Shown in pieces: positions 11,997-24,857 of a DNA stretch of 64,000 bases. Source of the DNA: Rhizaria sp. SCN 62-66 (lineage: Eukaryota). Below the pieces are notes generated by a model that was not told where the DNA came from, ran no database searches, and worked only from the letters and a program-made list of their open reading frames with translations. The stretch covers positions 1-64,000 of the forward strand of contig MEDY01000123.1 in NCBI GenBank assembly GCA_001724265.1, in the 5' to 3' direction. The translations under genes and the position numbers were made by a program. The stretch's first letter is position 1. Each line of letters opens with the position of its first letter.

Positions 11997-14900
11997 AACA
12001 ACTGCAACGCTGCCCAGGTCGCTTGCGTGTCCCCCCGCAGTGACCGCATTGGCGGCGGCTCTGTCTCGCGCCTTGTGTTCTCGGTCCCGCCTGTGCTCGA
12101 CGTATGCTCGATCGACGGGCTGCGCCGCGGGGTGCCGCTCGCCGCGGCGCAGCGCTGGAAGGGCCTCAGCTAGCTGGCCGCGGGCCTGCCCGCGTACTCG
12201 CCCTCCGCCGCCGCCGCGGTCGCCGCCGCCGCCACCAAGAGCAACCCCGGCAGCAACAGCGGGGCGAGCGTGATCAGCGCGGTGGCACCGTTCGCGCAGC
12301 CCCCACGGCTGCCGTCGCTGGCACCGCACGACGTGATGGCCGGCGTCTGCGGCTGCGCGCAGTGCATCGCCACGAGCACCGTCAGCGCCGCGCTGCCCCC
12401 CGACGTGCCGCTCAACTCACCCGTATGCGGCGGCGCCGGCTGCGACGCGGGACCGGCTGGGGATACCGATAACGCCGAGACGGCCTCGATGGCCGCCGTG
12501 GCTGCGGTGGGCGCGGTGGGCGCGGTGCGGCTCATCGAGCTCATGATGCCGTGCGGCCGCCTCGTCCGGCTAGCACGCCCTGCGGTGCCCGGCACCGCAG
12601 CCTCCGCCTCTGCCGCGCACGGCCACGCAAGCGCGCTCGGTGGCGACTGCGGGGGGCAGCAGGGGTCGACGCTGTTCAGCATGGAGCGCGACATCGCCCC
12701 TGTCTTCGCTGCCGCAGCCATCGCCGCCGCGGCCGCCGCCACCGCAGCCGCGCAGTCGCAGTCGACGACGAAGACTGATGCAGCTGCAAAGACTGCAGTG
12801 GCGCCGCTGGCAGCGACGCTCCCGTGGCTGCTGTGCTCGGCGCTCTCGCCTGCGCAGCGCGCGCCGCTGCTCCAGCCCGCTGTCGCGCACAGCGGCGACA
12901 AGAGCCAGACTAAGAGCCAGGGCAAGGGCAAGGCGGGCGCGGCGGCGGCGGCGGCGGTGGCCGCGGCCCTGGCGAAGCTGCCGTTCGTGTTCCCATTCGT
13001 GCACTGGGTTGGCGGCGCGACCGCGAGCCCTGGCCAGCCGGTGCCGCAAACGGAGGCCGCCACCTCGCCCACCCACACCCGCGCACATGCTCACGGGGCT
13101 GCGCAGAGCGCTCGCTGCGACCGGAGCGCGCACGCGTGCAACCGCCACCAGGCGCAGCACAGCTGCGGACATGAGCATGCATTCGCAGCCGACACGTTCA
13201 CGACCCCGGTCTGCACGGCGACTCCCGCAACCGCACTGAGTCGCGACACCGGAAACCGCCACGGCGGCTGCGGCCACGGCTGCGGAGCTGCGCCGGCGAG
13301 CAAGACGGTGTCCGTGGGCGTCTGCGCGCGCGCGCCGGTATGCGCGTGGTCCTGGGAGTGGGAGCACACGGCGTGCGGCATCTGCCTCGACAACCTGCGC
13401 TGGCGCGGCACGCCCGCTTGGCCCGGGCTGCTCGAGCCCGGCCGCGACGACGGCGCCGAGACCGACGCGGTCGCGGTCGCGGCCGCCGCGGCTACGGCTG
13501 CCGCAGCTGCCGCGGCCGCTGCTGCTGCAGCCACTGCGACCGCCACCGTTGACAACAACTCCGATCCCCACAACAGCAGCGACATCGTCGACGCGATGCC
13601 CCACTCCATGTCTGCGCCTGTTCTCGGCTCTGCGCCTGTGTCTTCCACCACAACCCGCACGGGCGACAACGCTGCCGCGACCGCTGTCATCACCGTCGCT
13701 GCCGACGCCGCTGCAGGGACGACTCCCCGTAGCTCCCGCGCCTCGTCGGCGGCGTCCGCCGCGTCGGCCGCGCTGGCCGCAGCGGTGGCGCGCGTCGCGG
13801 CGTCCTCGGATAAGCCGGTGATTTCGATGCCGTCGCTTCCGTCGCTGCCGACGCTGCCGACGCTGCCCAGCTTTGAGGAGCTGTCCGCCTTGGCCACGCG
13901 CGGCGTGCAGTGGGGCTGCACGCGCGCGCTGCCGCCGCTTGCGACTGTGCCCAAGTTCACCACCACCACCCTGAGCAACAACAGCAGCACCGACGCCATT
14001 GACGTCGACGTCGACAGCAGTAATGCCGACGGCGGCAATCCCGGCAGCGGACTCTTCGCCATCGCGAGCCACGCCCAGATCGCGAGCGAGGAGGCTTCTC
14101 CCGGCGGCCAGTTGACCTACACCAGCGGCGGCTTAACTTTGGATGCCGAGCAGCTAGACGCCCTTGCCGCTGCCGGCGCTGCGAGCAGCCTCAGCAACAG
14201 CGGCAAGTTCACCTCGCGCCACCTCTCACGGTCTCTCTCGGCGCCGCGCCCGCCCGCCCACGGCCCCATCCCGGACTCCAACAGTGCCGCAGCGGCGAGC
14301 TTTGCTGCCGCGGCCCCCGCGGCCTCCCGGGGCAGCCGTCACCGCGCCACCCGCGAGCGCGAGCGCGAGCGCGACCGCGGCGGTGTGCTGCGCAGTGTGT
14401 TTGGCGGCATCGCGGCTCGGCTGAGTCTCAGCTCGCGCTCGCAGTCGCAGAACAACTCGCACTCGCTGCCGCACGTCCACGAGCACAGCGACGGCCACAG
14501 CCACAGCGACCACAGCGCTGGGCACAGCGACAGCGGCAGCGACAGCGAAAGCGACGACCTCGACGACGACACCGACATCGACGGCAACCTCAACGCGGCC
14601 GCTGGCAGTATGATTGCGAGCGGGCTGCTCGCCCCCGGCTCTCTGCGCGCCCGCGGCAGCAGCGGCTACCGGCGCTGGCGCCGCCGCGTGACTGCGTGCC
14701 GCCGCTTCCCCTTCGGCGGCCTCGCGTCGCCGCGCCCCCGCGGCTTCCCGGCGGCGCACCTGCCGCTCTCCGCCAGCGCCGGGTCTCCCGTCGCCACCAG
14801 CGCCGGCGCGGCCGCGAGCAGCAGTCTTGTCGCCACCGGCCCCACGTCCTTCGCGCAGGCCCGCGGCTCTCGCCCGGCGTCGGCGGCCACGCCCACGGGG

Positions 14901-16457
14901 CGCGCGATGGCCGCGCGCGACAGTGAGCAGGCGCGCGAGCGCGAGCAGCGCGAGCGTGAGCTGCGCGAGCAGCGCGACCGGGAACGCGAGCGCGAGCGCG
15001 ACGAGTCCCGCACGCTGTTCCTGCGCTGCATCGGCTTTGTCGCCGCGGTCGCCGGCGGCGCGCACCTGCGCGGGCTCATGCTGGGCGGCGCCATCTGCCT
15101 CAAGGCGCTGCGCGCGCACCGCCTGCGCTGCGGCGCGCGGCCCGCGACGCCGCCGACCGCTGCTGTCACCGAGACGGCGCCTGCTGTTCCGCGTGAAGGC
15201 GACCGCGCGGCCGCCGCTAGTGCCGCTGCCGTGCTATCGCCGGCGCCGGTCATCATGTCGGAGACGACGCAACAACGCGCTTTACTCGCTAGGCGTGACG
15301 ACGCCGACTCCACTCCTGGGTCTGCTGCGGCGTCCTTCTCGTCGCTTGCGCCCGCCGCCCCGAACATCTCCGACCCCGCGTCCGCTTCCCTCGCGCCCGC
15401 GCTCGCTCCGCCACCCGTGCTGCCCGTGTCTGCTTCCGCGCCCCTCGCCTCGGCGCCGCGCCCGACCGTTGCCGTGGCCGCGGCCGCCGCAGTGGCCGCC
15501 GTCGCTGCCGCCGCGGTCGCCGCGACTGCTGCGGGCGCCGCGGGCGAGACGCTGTCGGTGACGGCGCTGGCGCTCGCGGCCGGTGCGGGCGCAGGGGCGG
15601 GCGTGCGCGCTGCCCGCCGCAGCAGCATGAGCAACGCTACGACGGCGGGCAGCAGCAACGCTGATGCTAGCAGAGACAGCAGTACCGCGGCCGACGGAGC
15701 CACTGTCGCATCCGCATCCGACGCTTCTGCTGAGAACTCCACCCATACGTCTGTCACGGTCTCTGCGACGGCGACCGCGACGGCGATGTGGTCCGAGGCA
15801 CTCACCGCGTCCGCGGCGACCGTGATGACGCCCCCCGAGCTCAACACCCCCGAGGCCGAGGCGGCCGAGGCCGCGGCGGCTGCGGCGGCCACGGCCGCGG
15901 CGGGCGCACGACTGCTCCGCCCGCTGCCGGTGTGGCTGACGGGGGCGTACGGCCCCCACGGGCGCACGCCGTCTCCCTCGCTCTCGCTCGGCAAGCGCTC
16001 CGCTGCTGCCGCCGCCGCCAGTGGCCCGGTCCCCGCTGCCAACAGTGCCATCGCGAGTAATGCGTCCAGCAACGCCGCGAACCCGTCCGCGCTTGTCACG
16101 ACTCTTCCGGCCTCCGTCGCCGGCGCCGTCGTCAGCCCGGCCAGCGCGAGCATCAACAACGGCGGCGTGGGCAGCAGCGGCGGGTGGGACTGGGGCGGCG
16201 ACTGGGGCGGCGACTGGGGCGGCGACCTGCTCGCGCTGCCGCGCCAGTGCGAACACGTCGGCCACGTGTTCCACCTCCACTGCCTGTCCAAGTGGACGCG
16301 GCGCCGCCTGCAGTGTCCGCTGGACCGCCAGCCGGGCGGGCGCGAACCCGTGATGCCGAACCTTGAGAGAGTCGTCGGGTGGGCTAGAGGCGCGTGGCAG
16401 GCCGCGGGGGCTGCTGCCTCAGCAGCGGCCGCCGCCGCAGTCGGCGAGCCGTGCTAA
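9781..16457 (+). CDS. ~2170 aa putative membrane-associated RING-H2 E3 ligase-like protein; 2 exons (9781-10684, 10837-16457), one in-frame TAG (12171-12173)
   Basis: Intron GTACGT(10685)...CAG(10836) joins YDIYQ-G-YHTF in frame. ORFs 10695-12173 and 12270-16457 share a frame and are separated only by TAG (KGLS*LAAGLPAY). Hydrophobic segments near 10890-11290. RING halves CGICLD (~13374) and CEHVGHVFHLHCLSKW...CPLDR (~16248). Ends TAA. Confidence 0.7.
16189..16226 (+). repeat. 12 nt coding tandem repeat (DWGG x3) just before the second RING half
   Basis: actggggcggcg is repeated three times. Confidence 0.85.
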
Positions 16458-17431
16458 TCTAACTCCCCCCACCACGATACTGCGCGTCGCTTTAAGACAA
16501 CCTTTGCAATATTTTATTATGTAACTGTGTTCAGTTCAGTGCTGCACAAATATGATCTGTCAGTATCAAACAGCCAAGCTTTAGTAGCAGTTCAGTTTCA
16601 AAAGGTGTATCTCGGATGATTATGTGGTGTGTTGTTTTCAATATTTGTTTTCTATTGTGCGATTACGTGTTAATCAGTGTTTCTTTTATTAAGTTATTTT
16701 ATCTACATTTAATCTATAAGTTGAGGATAAATGTTTCCATCTGTAGCACCAACAAGTAAACAACTTTGAGTTGTTTCTAAGTTCGCTTCACTCCGAATAT
16801 ACAGTTCATATTCATGTTCTTGTACTCATCAAACGAAAAACACCACGTCTGATCACTACACACTGGCATTATACATGCGCAGTGGTTGAGACGATGTACA
16901 TGTACACTTGTTGCTCTTGTTACATGTTACAGTGCTTTGTTGCAGGGGTTGCAGTCACGCGCACGGGGAACGACCGATCCACTCAGTCGCCTCCACGCTC
17001 CGTACTCACAAGTCACTTCGCACAATCTACATGAATATTGCTGATGTAGTCATACGAGAAGATGTACGATTTGGTTGTGAGTTGAGCTCGCGCACGTGCT
17101 GTTTGTAATTGGTTGAGTTTTCTGCTAATGACAACCACGCATGTTAGGGGTTGTCAAACATAAGTTCTTGACACTTACAATACTTACACACGTCACTACG
17201 TTACGAATGTCATAATTATGACTTTTTCTAACAAAAAATAACCCTTGCGTTGTAATACGCCTATCTCTTCCTAAGTAACGTTTCCGAATATTCCTAATTT
17301 GTCATTGCACCATTGCAACCACAATGTTACATTGATGCTAACTATCAAACGTGTTTGTGATATAAAAAGACGTGCTCCACATCTAGAGAACAATTGTTTT
17401 GAGATAACTTAACAATTGATTTTGTTTCTTC

Positions 17432-20400
17432 TTAGTCCATGGAGAAAAGCTGTGCGTAGAGGTCCTCAACGGCCATGCGGGCACCAGCCGCCAGCAGCAA
17501 CACGGGCCTCTCATCCGCCCTCAGACCCTCCTCCTCGCACTCACCAGCGCCTGCATGGGCAGACACGTGCAGAATGCGGTCAGTGAGCAGCGGCAACGCA
17601 AGCAACGGAGTGCGCAGGCGCGCCGCAGAGGCGAGAGACCAACGCTGCCAGTCCCTGCGCTCCGCAAACAGCGACGCGAACTCGCGGCCATGCTCTCCAC
17701 GGAGACTGTCGCGGGTGACGACAGTGCGGCTTGTGCTCACGGTCACGTCCTCAATCTCGCTATCGTCATCATCAGCACCGTCGTCCGTGTCGGCGTTGCT
17801 GTCGGCACCGTTGTTGACGAAGACGGAGGAGTTAGAGCCAGTGGCCAGTGCAGCGCCCGCCGCAAACAGGAGCTCAGTCGCGGCGTCAGCAGCAGCGGCA
17901 TCAGTTGCAGCGGCGCAACTAGCGGCAGCTGAAGCAGCGGCGCCGGCAGCAGCAGTGATTGCGATAAGCGCACACCCGGCAGTGCTTGCACGCGTGGGGA
18001 GAGTGACATCGAGCTCAGCGTCAGCGTCTGCGCTCATCCGCAATGCGCTGCCGCGGCGCTTGTTGCTAACGAGAGTAGCCGTGGGTGCAATAGACAGAGT
18101 AGCAAACATCGCCTCGGTCTCAGCCACGCACTCTGAAGCTTTGCTATTGCCAGTTGCCTCAGCAGTGCCGTCGACGTCATCCTCCGCATCGTCGAAGCCG
18201 CCGAAGGCGACAGGGGCGGTGAGCCCGTCGTCACCACAGTCGGCACCGTAGCCACTCGTATTGGCGCTCACGTTGCTGTTATAGTACGAAGTACTGGGCG
18301 TGGAAGCAACGCTGTTAGATGAGCCCGTCGCAATGTCAAACGCGTCGCCACCGCCGTCGCATTCGCACTCACTCCCAGTTCCAGGCTCGGTGGTCGCGGC
18401 AGCGTCGCTGTCCGCAGCGGTACCCTCGGACCCGGGCGAGCCACGGGGCTTGCGAGGGGACCACAGCGTCTTGAGTTGTGTGAGGTCCATACCAGCACCG
18501 CTGCCGTTGCTGGCAGTAGCGTCACTTGTCTCGCTGCCGTTGGGGTCAGCGACGGCGGCCTCACTGTCAGCATCGCTGCCACAGCGGACGACAGAAGGAG
18601 AGTTGCTCTCAAGAGAGTTTGCACTGGTCTTGGAGGCGGGCGTTGCAACGACAACGGCGATGCGGCTTGAGCGAGGGCTCAGCTTGCGGGGCGTCTGCAT
18701 CATCGCGGCATCGCAAACGTTGGCATGACCACTTGTAGCGGCAACAGCAGGGGCGTGAGCAACGTGAGAGCCTGCCTGGGTGTGCGCGTGAGAGTTGGTG
18801 TAGTGAGGCGGGGTGAACGTGAGCTCGGCGCCCGCGCGCGCCTGCTGCACAAGAGCGCGAGCCGTGGCCGCTGCGACCGGCGACGCAAGCACAGACTCGA
18901 ACGACACACCACTGCAGCGCGCAGCAGCTGCAGCAGCGGCGCGACGCGGCGACGCAAGGGCAAATCCGACTGCCTTACGAGAGGGCGACGGACTCACAAA
19001 CGCGCGCTTAGCGTCGTTACTGGCGTCATCAGCGTTATCAAAGCCCGAGGCAGAGCGCTTGCGGGAGGCACCGTGAGCAGGACTCGCGCCGGCATCAGTG
19101 TTGTAGCGGAGAGCCTTGTACGGGGCGGGAACGGGAGCGCCAGCACCGGTGCCGGCAAGAATCTGGCGGTAGAGCGCAGGGGACGCAAAACCCTGGGTCA
19201 CGGCGCGCTGATAGAGGCAGCGGTAGCGCAGGAGGTCGGATGCGACGTGGCGGCAGACAGCAGCAAAGGTCTCGGAGACAGCCATCAGAGGCGCGTGCGA
19301 GCGGTGCAGGTTCCATTGAAGACCATAGTTGGGGTCCGTGTTGATGCATAGCGAACGCAACCTCTGCATACTCTCATGGTCCTGAAACGGGCCAAAGCTT
19401 AACATTTTGACGCGAATCAACTCCACGAACGAGTCGCCGTACTGCGGCGTAAAGTGCACCGCGAAGCGCAGGAACTCAGCGGCCGTCTTGAGTGAGAACG
19501 AAGGGAAGGTCGGGTTGAGCGCGATCTTGGCGCCCTCGCACCACACCTCGCCGGACTTGGGCGTCTCGCCCACCGCGAGCTGGAACATGCGTGACTGCTC
19601 CTCGAAGCCCTGCTCCTGCGCGAGCGCGACGCGCAGCGCCCAGAGCCGGCCCGTGCCGGGAAAGCGCGCGATAGCGGCGCGTACAAGGGCACGCGCGCGG
19701 TCGGTGCGGCCGGCGCGGACCTCGAGGAAAACTTGCTCAACTGGGGCCTTCCAGTCGGAGCAGGGGCATGAGGCCGCCGCAGACAGAAGCAGGCGGGCGC
19801 GGGAGCGGCCGCGGGCGAGCGCACGGGAGGACGCGTTGGAAGCGGAGAATGCGGGGGCGATGGCCGTGTTGGAAGTGGTGTTTGTAGGGGCGGGAAGCGA
19901 AAGCAGACCGCTGTCGTCGTCAGTGTTGTTACTGCAGTCGTTGACAGTCTCGTCGTCGCACTCGGAGTCATCTTCGCTGTCGCTATCGTCGTCATCACTG
20001 TCGCTGCTGTCGTTGATATTAAGGGCAGCAACACGGCCGCGTGCGACAGCATTGCCAGCCGTCTCCATGTCCTCGCCGTTCGCGTCGTCGCCGTTGCTGC
20101 CGCTACTGGCGGCCGCCGCAGCAGCCGCGGCAACTGCAGCAAGCGTGCGTTGCATGTCTTTTTCGCGGCGCACGCGCTCACTGCGGCGCAGAGCCGCGCC
20201 GCGGCGACTGTGCGGAGCGGCCTGAGGCGGGAAGAAGGCGTCCTCAACGGACTCAATGACTGCGCGCACAGCGGCGTCGACCTCGTCTGCCGCGGACTCA
20301 GCGCCATCATACCCGTGCTCACAGTCCTCGTCGTCATCAGCGCAGTCGCACACAGCGCTGTCGTCAGCACAGTCGACATTTTCGCTGCTGTTGTTGTCAG

Positions 20401-23400
20401 AGATCGTCGCCGCAAGCGTAGCGCCAACCTCTCCGGCGAGCTGAATAAGTGCATGGCTAATGTAGCCAGCAAGCTCCTCAACCTTGCCAGCCTCGACGAC
20501 AACTTGCGAGAGGACCTTATCGGTGCCGCAGGAAATAGCCCTGAGAAATACCACAATGAAAAGTAAATAAAAATAAAAGTGAGGTTAGTGACAACTAAAG
20601 GTGTCATAGACAGTCAATGATAGTGAGTGCAATACTTGTTGTTGCTGAACGTTTTCTTCGTACCTTTGGGCAAGAGCGCGAGCGACGCGAATGCGCTCAG
20701 CAGCAGTGGTCACGGTCATTTCAACAACGTTGAGGGCCTCATAGGCCTCATCGGTGTTCCAACCGAGCATCACGTCATTCTTGCTGGCGTTGTCGCTGCC
20801 AGCAGTCGCAGTAGCGCCATTGTTGCTGTTCAGCGAGTTCATGCTGGAGCTCGCACTAACGCTGCGGGGCACGAACGGAGCAGCAGCGCATGACAGCGGC
20901 GACGGGCCCGGGGTGGGGGCACTGTCGCTGTCGCACTCGCTGTCGTTGTCGCTCATCGCGCCAGTGTTGATGCCAGCAACCCTAAGCCTGAGTCCTAGTT
21001 CCGCCGAGTTGGCGTCGCGCACGCCGCTGCGCACTGCACTGCGCAGCTGCGCTTCGGCCTGCCACAGCGCCCACACCGCGGCGCGCGCCTCTACGCGGGC
21101 GCCGGCGACCCAGACGCGCCAGCGCAGCGACTGCGCGCACTCGCGCACGCAGCGGGCCAGCACGGCGCGCGCGCGCGGGTAGTCGTGCTGCCACGCCGCG
21201 GTCCACGCCTCCTCGACCTGCACACGCCACAACAGCTCCTGGTTCACCGCCGAGGCCGCCTGGCTCAGCGCGCCGTACACGGGCGCGAAGGCCTCGGTCG
21301 CGGCGGCAGCGCTTGCGGACACGGCAGCGCTGTTAGAGCTCGAACTCCAAGAGCCTGCGTTGCTATTGCTCGACTCAGAGGATGCGAGTGCAAAGAGAGC
21401 AAGAGTTGCGGAGGTGGCGGGCAGAGGGCAGGGAGTCGAATCATCGGTCTCAGGCTGTTGTTGCTGCGACTGCGCCTGACTGCCGTCGTTGGCACTTGAG
21501 CTCGAGCTGGAGGCCGTGCTGTTGGATGCGTTCGCGACAGCAGCGGCCGCGGCCGAGCCAGCCGGGTGGAAAGGGGCCGCCGCGGTGGGCAGCTGGCTGC
21601 TGGCCATGGCGGCGCCGCCCATGCCGCCGTACTGGCCGTGGGCCACGTGGCCGTGCATTGCCCCCGGGTGGCCGTGGGGCGCAAAGTGACCGTACGCACC
21701 GCCGTGCGCCATGTGGCTGTGTACCGCGGGGTGGTACACGTTGCCGTAGAAGTGGCCATGGGCCGCAGGGTGAGCGACAGGGTAGCCGCCGCCGGCCATG
21801 TACCCGCTGGGAATAAAGGCGCTGCTGTTCGCTGTGATGCCCGTGCTGCTGCTACTGCTGCTGCTGCTGCTGCTGGGCGGGTAGCGCGGGGTGACCCGGA
21901 GCGAGTCTGCCCACGTCTTGTCATGGCGGCACAGTGGCGGCGCGCTCAGCGCGGTCAGGTGCGCGCGCTGGAACAGGTGCGAGAGGTAGCCCGCAGTGTA
22001 GGCCGCCGACGCAACGCGAGGGCGCGACATCACTCCGGTATCACACTCACCGTCGTCCTCGCCCTCGCTGTCGCTGGCGCCGCAGTCCGCGTCCACGCTG
22101 TTGCCGTCCTCCTCCGCAGAGTGCGAGCTGCCGTTGGCGCAGCCGTGCGCGAGCAGAGGCAGCGCATCCTCGACGGAGCCCCAGGCGCGCGCGAGACCGG
22201 CGTTGTCGGCCATCTCGCTCAGCGCAGCGGGCAGCGCCAGCGGGGCCGCGCCCACGGCTACGAGCGCCTGCCGCTGCTGCACCTTGACTGAGGCGAGCCA
22301 CAGAGGCCCGTAGCGCGGGCAGGCGGCCAGGCCGTCGCGGACAGCGCGCGCGGCGAGGTCGAAGCGGCCGCGGACCTCCTCAAACTTGCTCGCCTCGGTG
22401 TAGATCGGGCCGTACCAGTTGACGTTGGACTTAAGAAACTTAAAAATGCGACGGGCGGTGTCCTCCGAGCCGACACGGGCCTCGAACAACGCGCCCTCGA
22501 CAATCACACGCCTGCGATGAGTTATGTTAAAAGAAAATACGGAGAACAAGTGTCAACATATGGGTGAGTCAGTTTTGATGTGAGCGGAATAAGGAAAAAG
22601 ATAACAAACATAGTTTTGCGATTGAAAATGAGCAATGCGTTCGCAACGTACCACGACTTAGAGAGCGACGCGTCAAGCACCGAAGCCAGGATCGCACGCG
22701 CGGCGGCCAGGTTGCCGAAGCGCTCATGCTGCTTGATGGCCTTGATGATCATCGCGTCGTCGGGATTCGCGCAGCGCTGGAGGCCGAGCATAAGGATGTT
22801 GAGGCACTGGTGCAGGTTCCCGGTCTCCTCGGCGACCTTGGCGTACTCCATGTACGCATGCGAAGCGGCCGGGTTGAGGTGCAGCGTGGCCTGGTAGTAG
22901 CACCGCGCCAGCGCGGGCCGGTTGTGGCGCCGCGAGAGATCCGCCAGCTCCATCGTGATCTTCCAGTGCGAGCGCTGCGGCGCCATGCGCAGCTGCGCGA
23001 GCCCGGACTTGTACGCCGCCTCGGGGTCCGTCTTGGCGAGCTGCCAGAAGGAGCGGTGCCACGACAGGAACGTCGCCTTCGTGCGAGGGGTCTCCGCCAC
23101 AGACACCGCGATCGTCGATGCGGGCGCCCCGGCGGCGCTGCCGGTGCTGCTGGAGCTGGACGCGGCCTCAGTCGGCTTGGTGTTGCTGTTTGATGCCACA
23201 CTCTCAGTCGCGCTTGCATTTGATGTGGGAGCAGTCACGGACGCAGAGGCAGAGGAAGCGCGAGGAACAAAGGCGGCCGCGTTCGCAGTCACAGTTGCGC
23301 TAACTGCGGCGTCCGAAGCGGGCACGAACGCAGGAGCAGACGCAGCAGGCATGAATGCATTGGCGCACGCATGCACGTTTGCGGACGCGGGCACGAAGGC

Positions 23401-24297
23401 TGCGGCGGCAGTGGAAGCAGGCACAAACGCACGCGCCTGACTGGCAACGGGCTTGAGGCCCGCAGAGACACTGCGCGGGGCGATGACACACGCGTGTAGG
23501 CTGTTCTCGTCGCTCTCGCCAGCAACATTCATGCTGTTATTGCAGTAACCTGCAGCTGCTGTGGGGCTAAGCTGCGGCGAGCGGGAGGGCACAAAGGGCT
23601 TGGCGACGACGTTCGCAGCAAACGAGGACAACGCAGGAGAAAAGCCTGGCGCGCGGGCGTTGCTGCCACCGTTGTTGGCGCTGTTACTGAGACTGGCATG
23701 TGAGAGGACCTGCACGTGAGGAGCGGAGCTGGAGTTAGAGCCAAACGCGGAGGCGTTGTGCTGCTGCTGTTGCTGCTGCTGGTACTGTGGGAACTGTTGC
23801 TGAGCATAAAACTGCTGCTGTGGGGGCAGCTGATAGCCGTTCTGCTGCTGCTGCTGCGCATGGTACTGCTGTTGCGACTGCATCTGCGTAGGAGGCATGT
23901 GCGGTAACTGCTGGTGGGGGGCAGGCTGGAAGTTCTGGACAGGTTGGAAGGGGCGCATCATGATGTGCTGCTGAGGCACGCCGTTGCTGAATTGCGGGCC
24001 ACCGTGCATGGGGCTGGGGAACGCTGCGATGTGACCTTGGACATGTGGACCAGGCATCGGGCGGCGTTGCGCAACAGGGTGTGCGGGGTTGCGGGGCTGG
24101 AAGGGGGCCGTGCTATTTTCATGGGCTGACATAGGGCTAGGACCAGGAGGGAAGTAGCTACTATTCTGTCCCTGCATGTGCCGTTCAGTGAAGTGTGGCC
24201 CACAAAAAGAATTTTGCTGTTGGGAGGGACCATGATGTCCATGGCCCACATGGGGTGCGGCAACCGTCACTGGTGCTTGACTCGGTCCCCGATTCAT
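17432..24297 (-). CDS. ~2200 aa HAT/TPR-repeat protein (Prp6-like repeats) with a Q/P-rich N-terminus and PAM2-like motifs; 3 exons (24297-22652, 22511-20664, 20540-17432)
   Basis: Introns 22651-22512 (GTACGT..CAG; SKS-W-RVIVEG) and 20663-20541 (GTACGA..CAG; ALAQ-R-AISCG) join three ORFs in frame. HAT-like units: AYMEYAKVAEETG, ACPRYGPLWL, RFPGTGRLWAL, TPKSGEVWCEGAK, FTPQYGDSFVE, DPNYGLQW. Ends TAA. Confidence 0.75.
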
Positions 24298-24857
24298 CCC
24301 TCTTCACACAATGAAGTAAAGAACAATAGATATGCAAAAAATAAGATTTAATACATTTGTTTGCGCCACGTTTAATCATTATTTTCTTCTTAAATTTCCT
24401 ATACAATCAACGACCACGGAGAAGCACACTGTTTTATCAACAGCGAAGATCTAGCCGTTGAAGACTGCCGTTTGCATCCGTTGGTTTATGGCTGGCCGTC
24501 CGCCTCATGCCACACAATGCATTTCAAATCTTTGATCACAAGCAGTATTGGATCACTCACTTTGTATTTATAAGTATCCCATTTATGCAATAATTTAACT
24601 CGTATAGCCATAGCTATACTTTATTTTCGTCTATATAAACAACTTCAAGTCATATTTTGAAGCTTGCTCGCCGCCTGAAAGCACGAACATGCTCCAACAA
24701 CGCGAAGGCAAAGCCATTGGCACACAAATAACTGTCAGTCTATCATAACAACACAAACACCAATAAATATTCTTCCATCACAAGCATCACATCAACACAG
24801 TTCCAGCATATCCCCCAAATTCATAGATTGCTCGTGTGATCACTCACCCACTTGCAC

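Noticed and set aside
16458-17431. tRNA (including a CUA suppressor), other ncRNA or a small gene in the longest AT-rich spacer
   Set aside because: No cloverleaf, T-loop/D-loop consensus or coding-type bias was visible by eye here or in other spacers. This looks like convergent 3' UTRs. A covariance search would be needed to exclude RNA genes.
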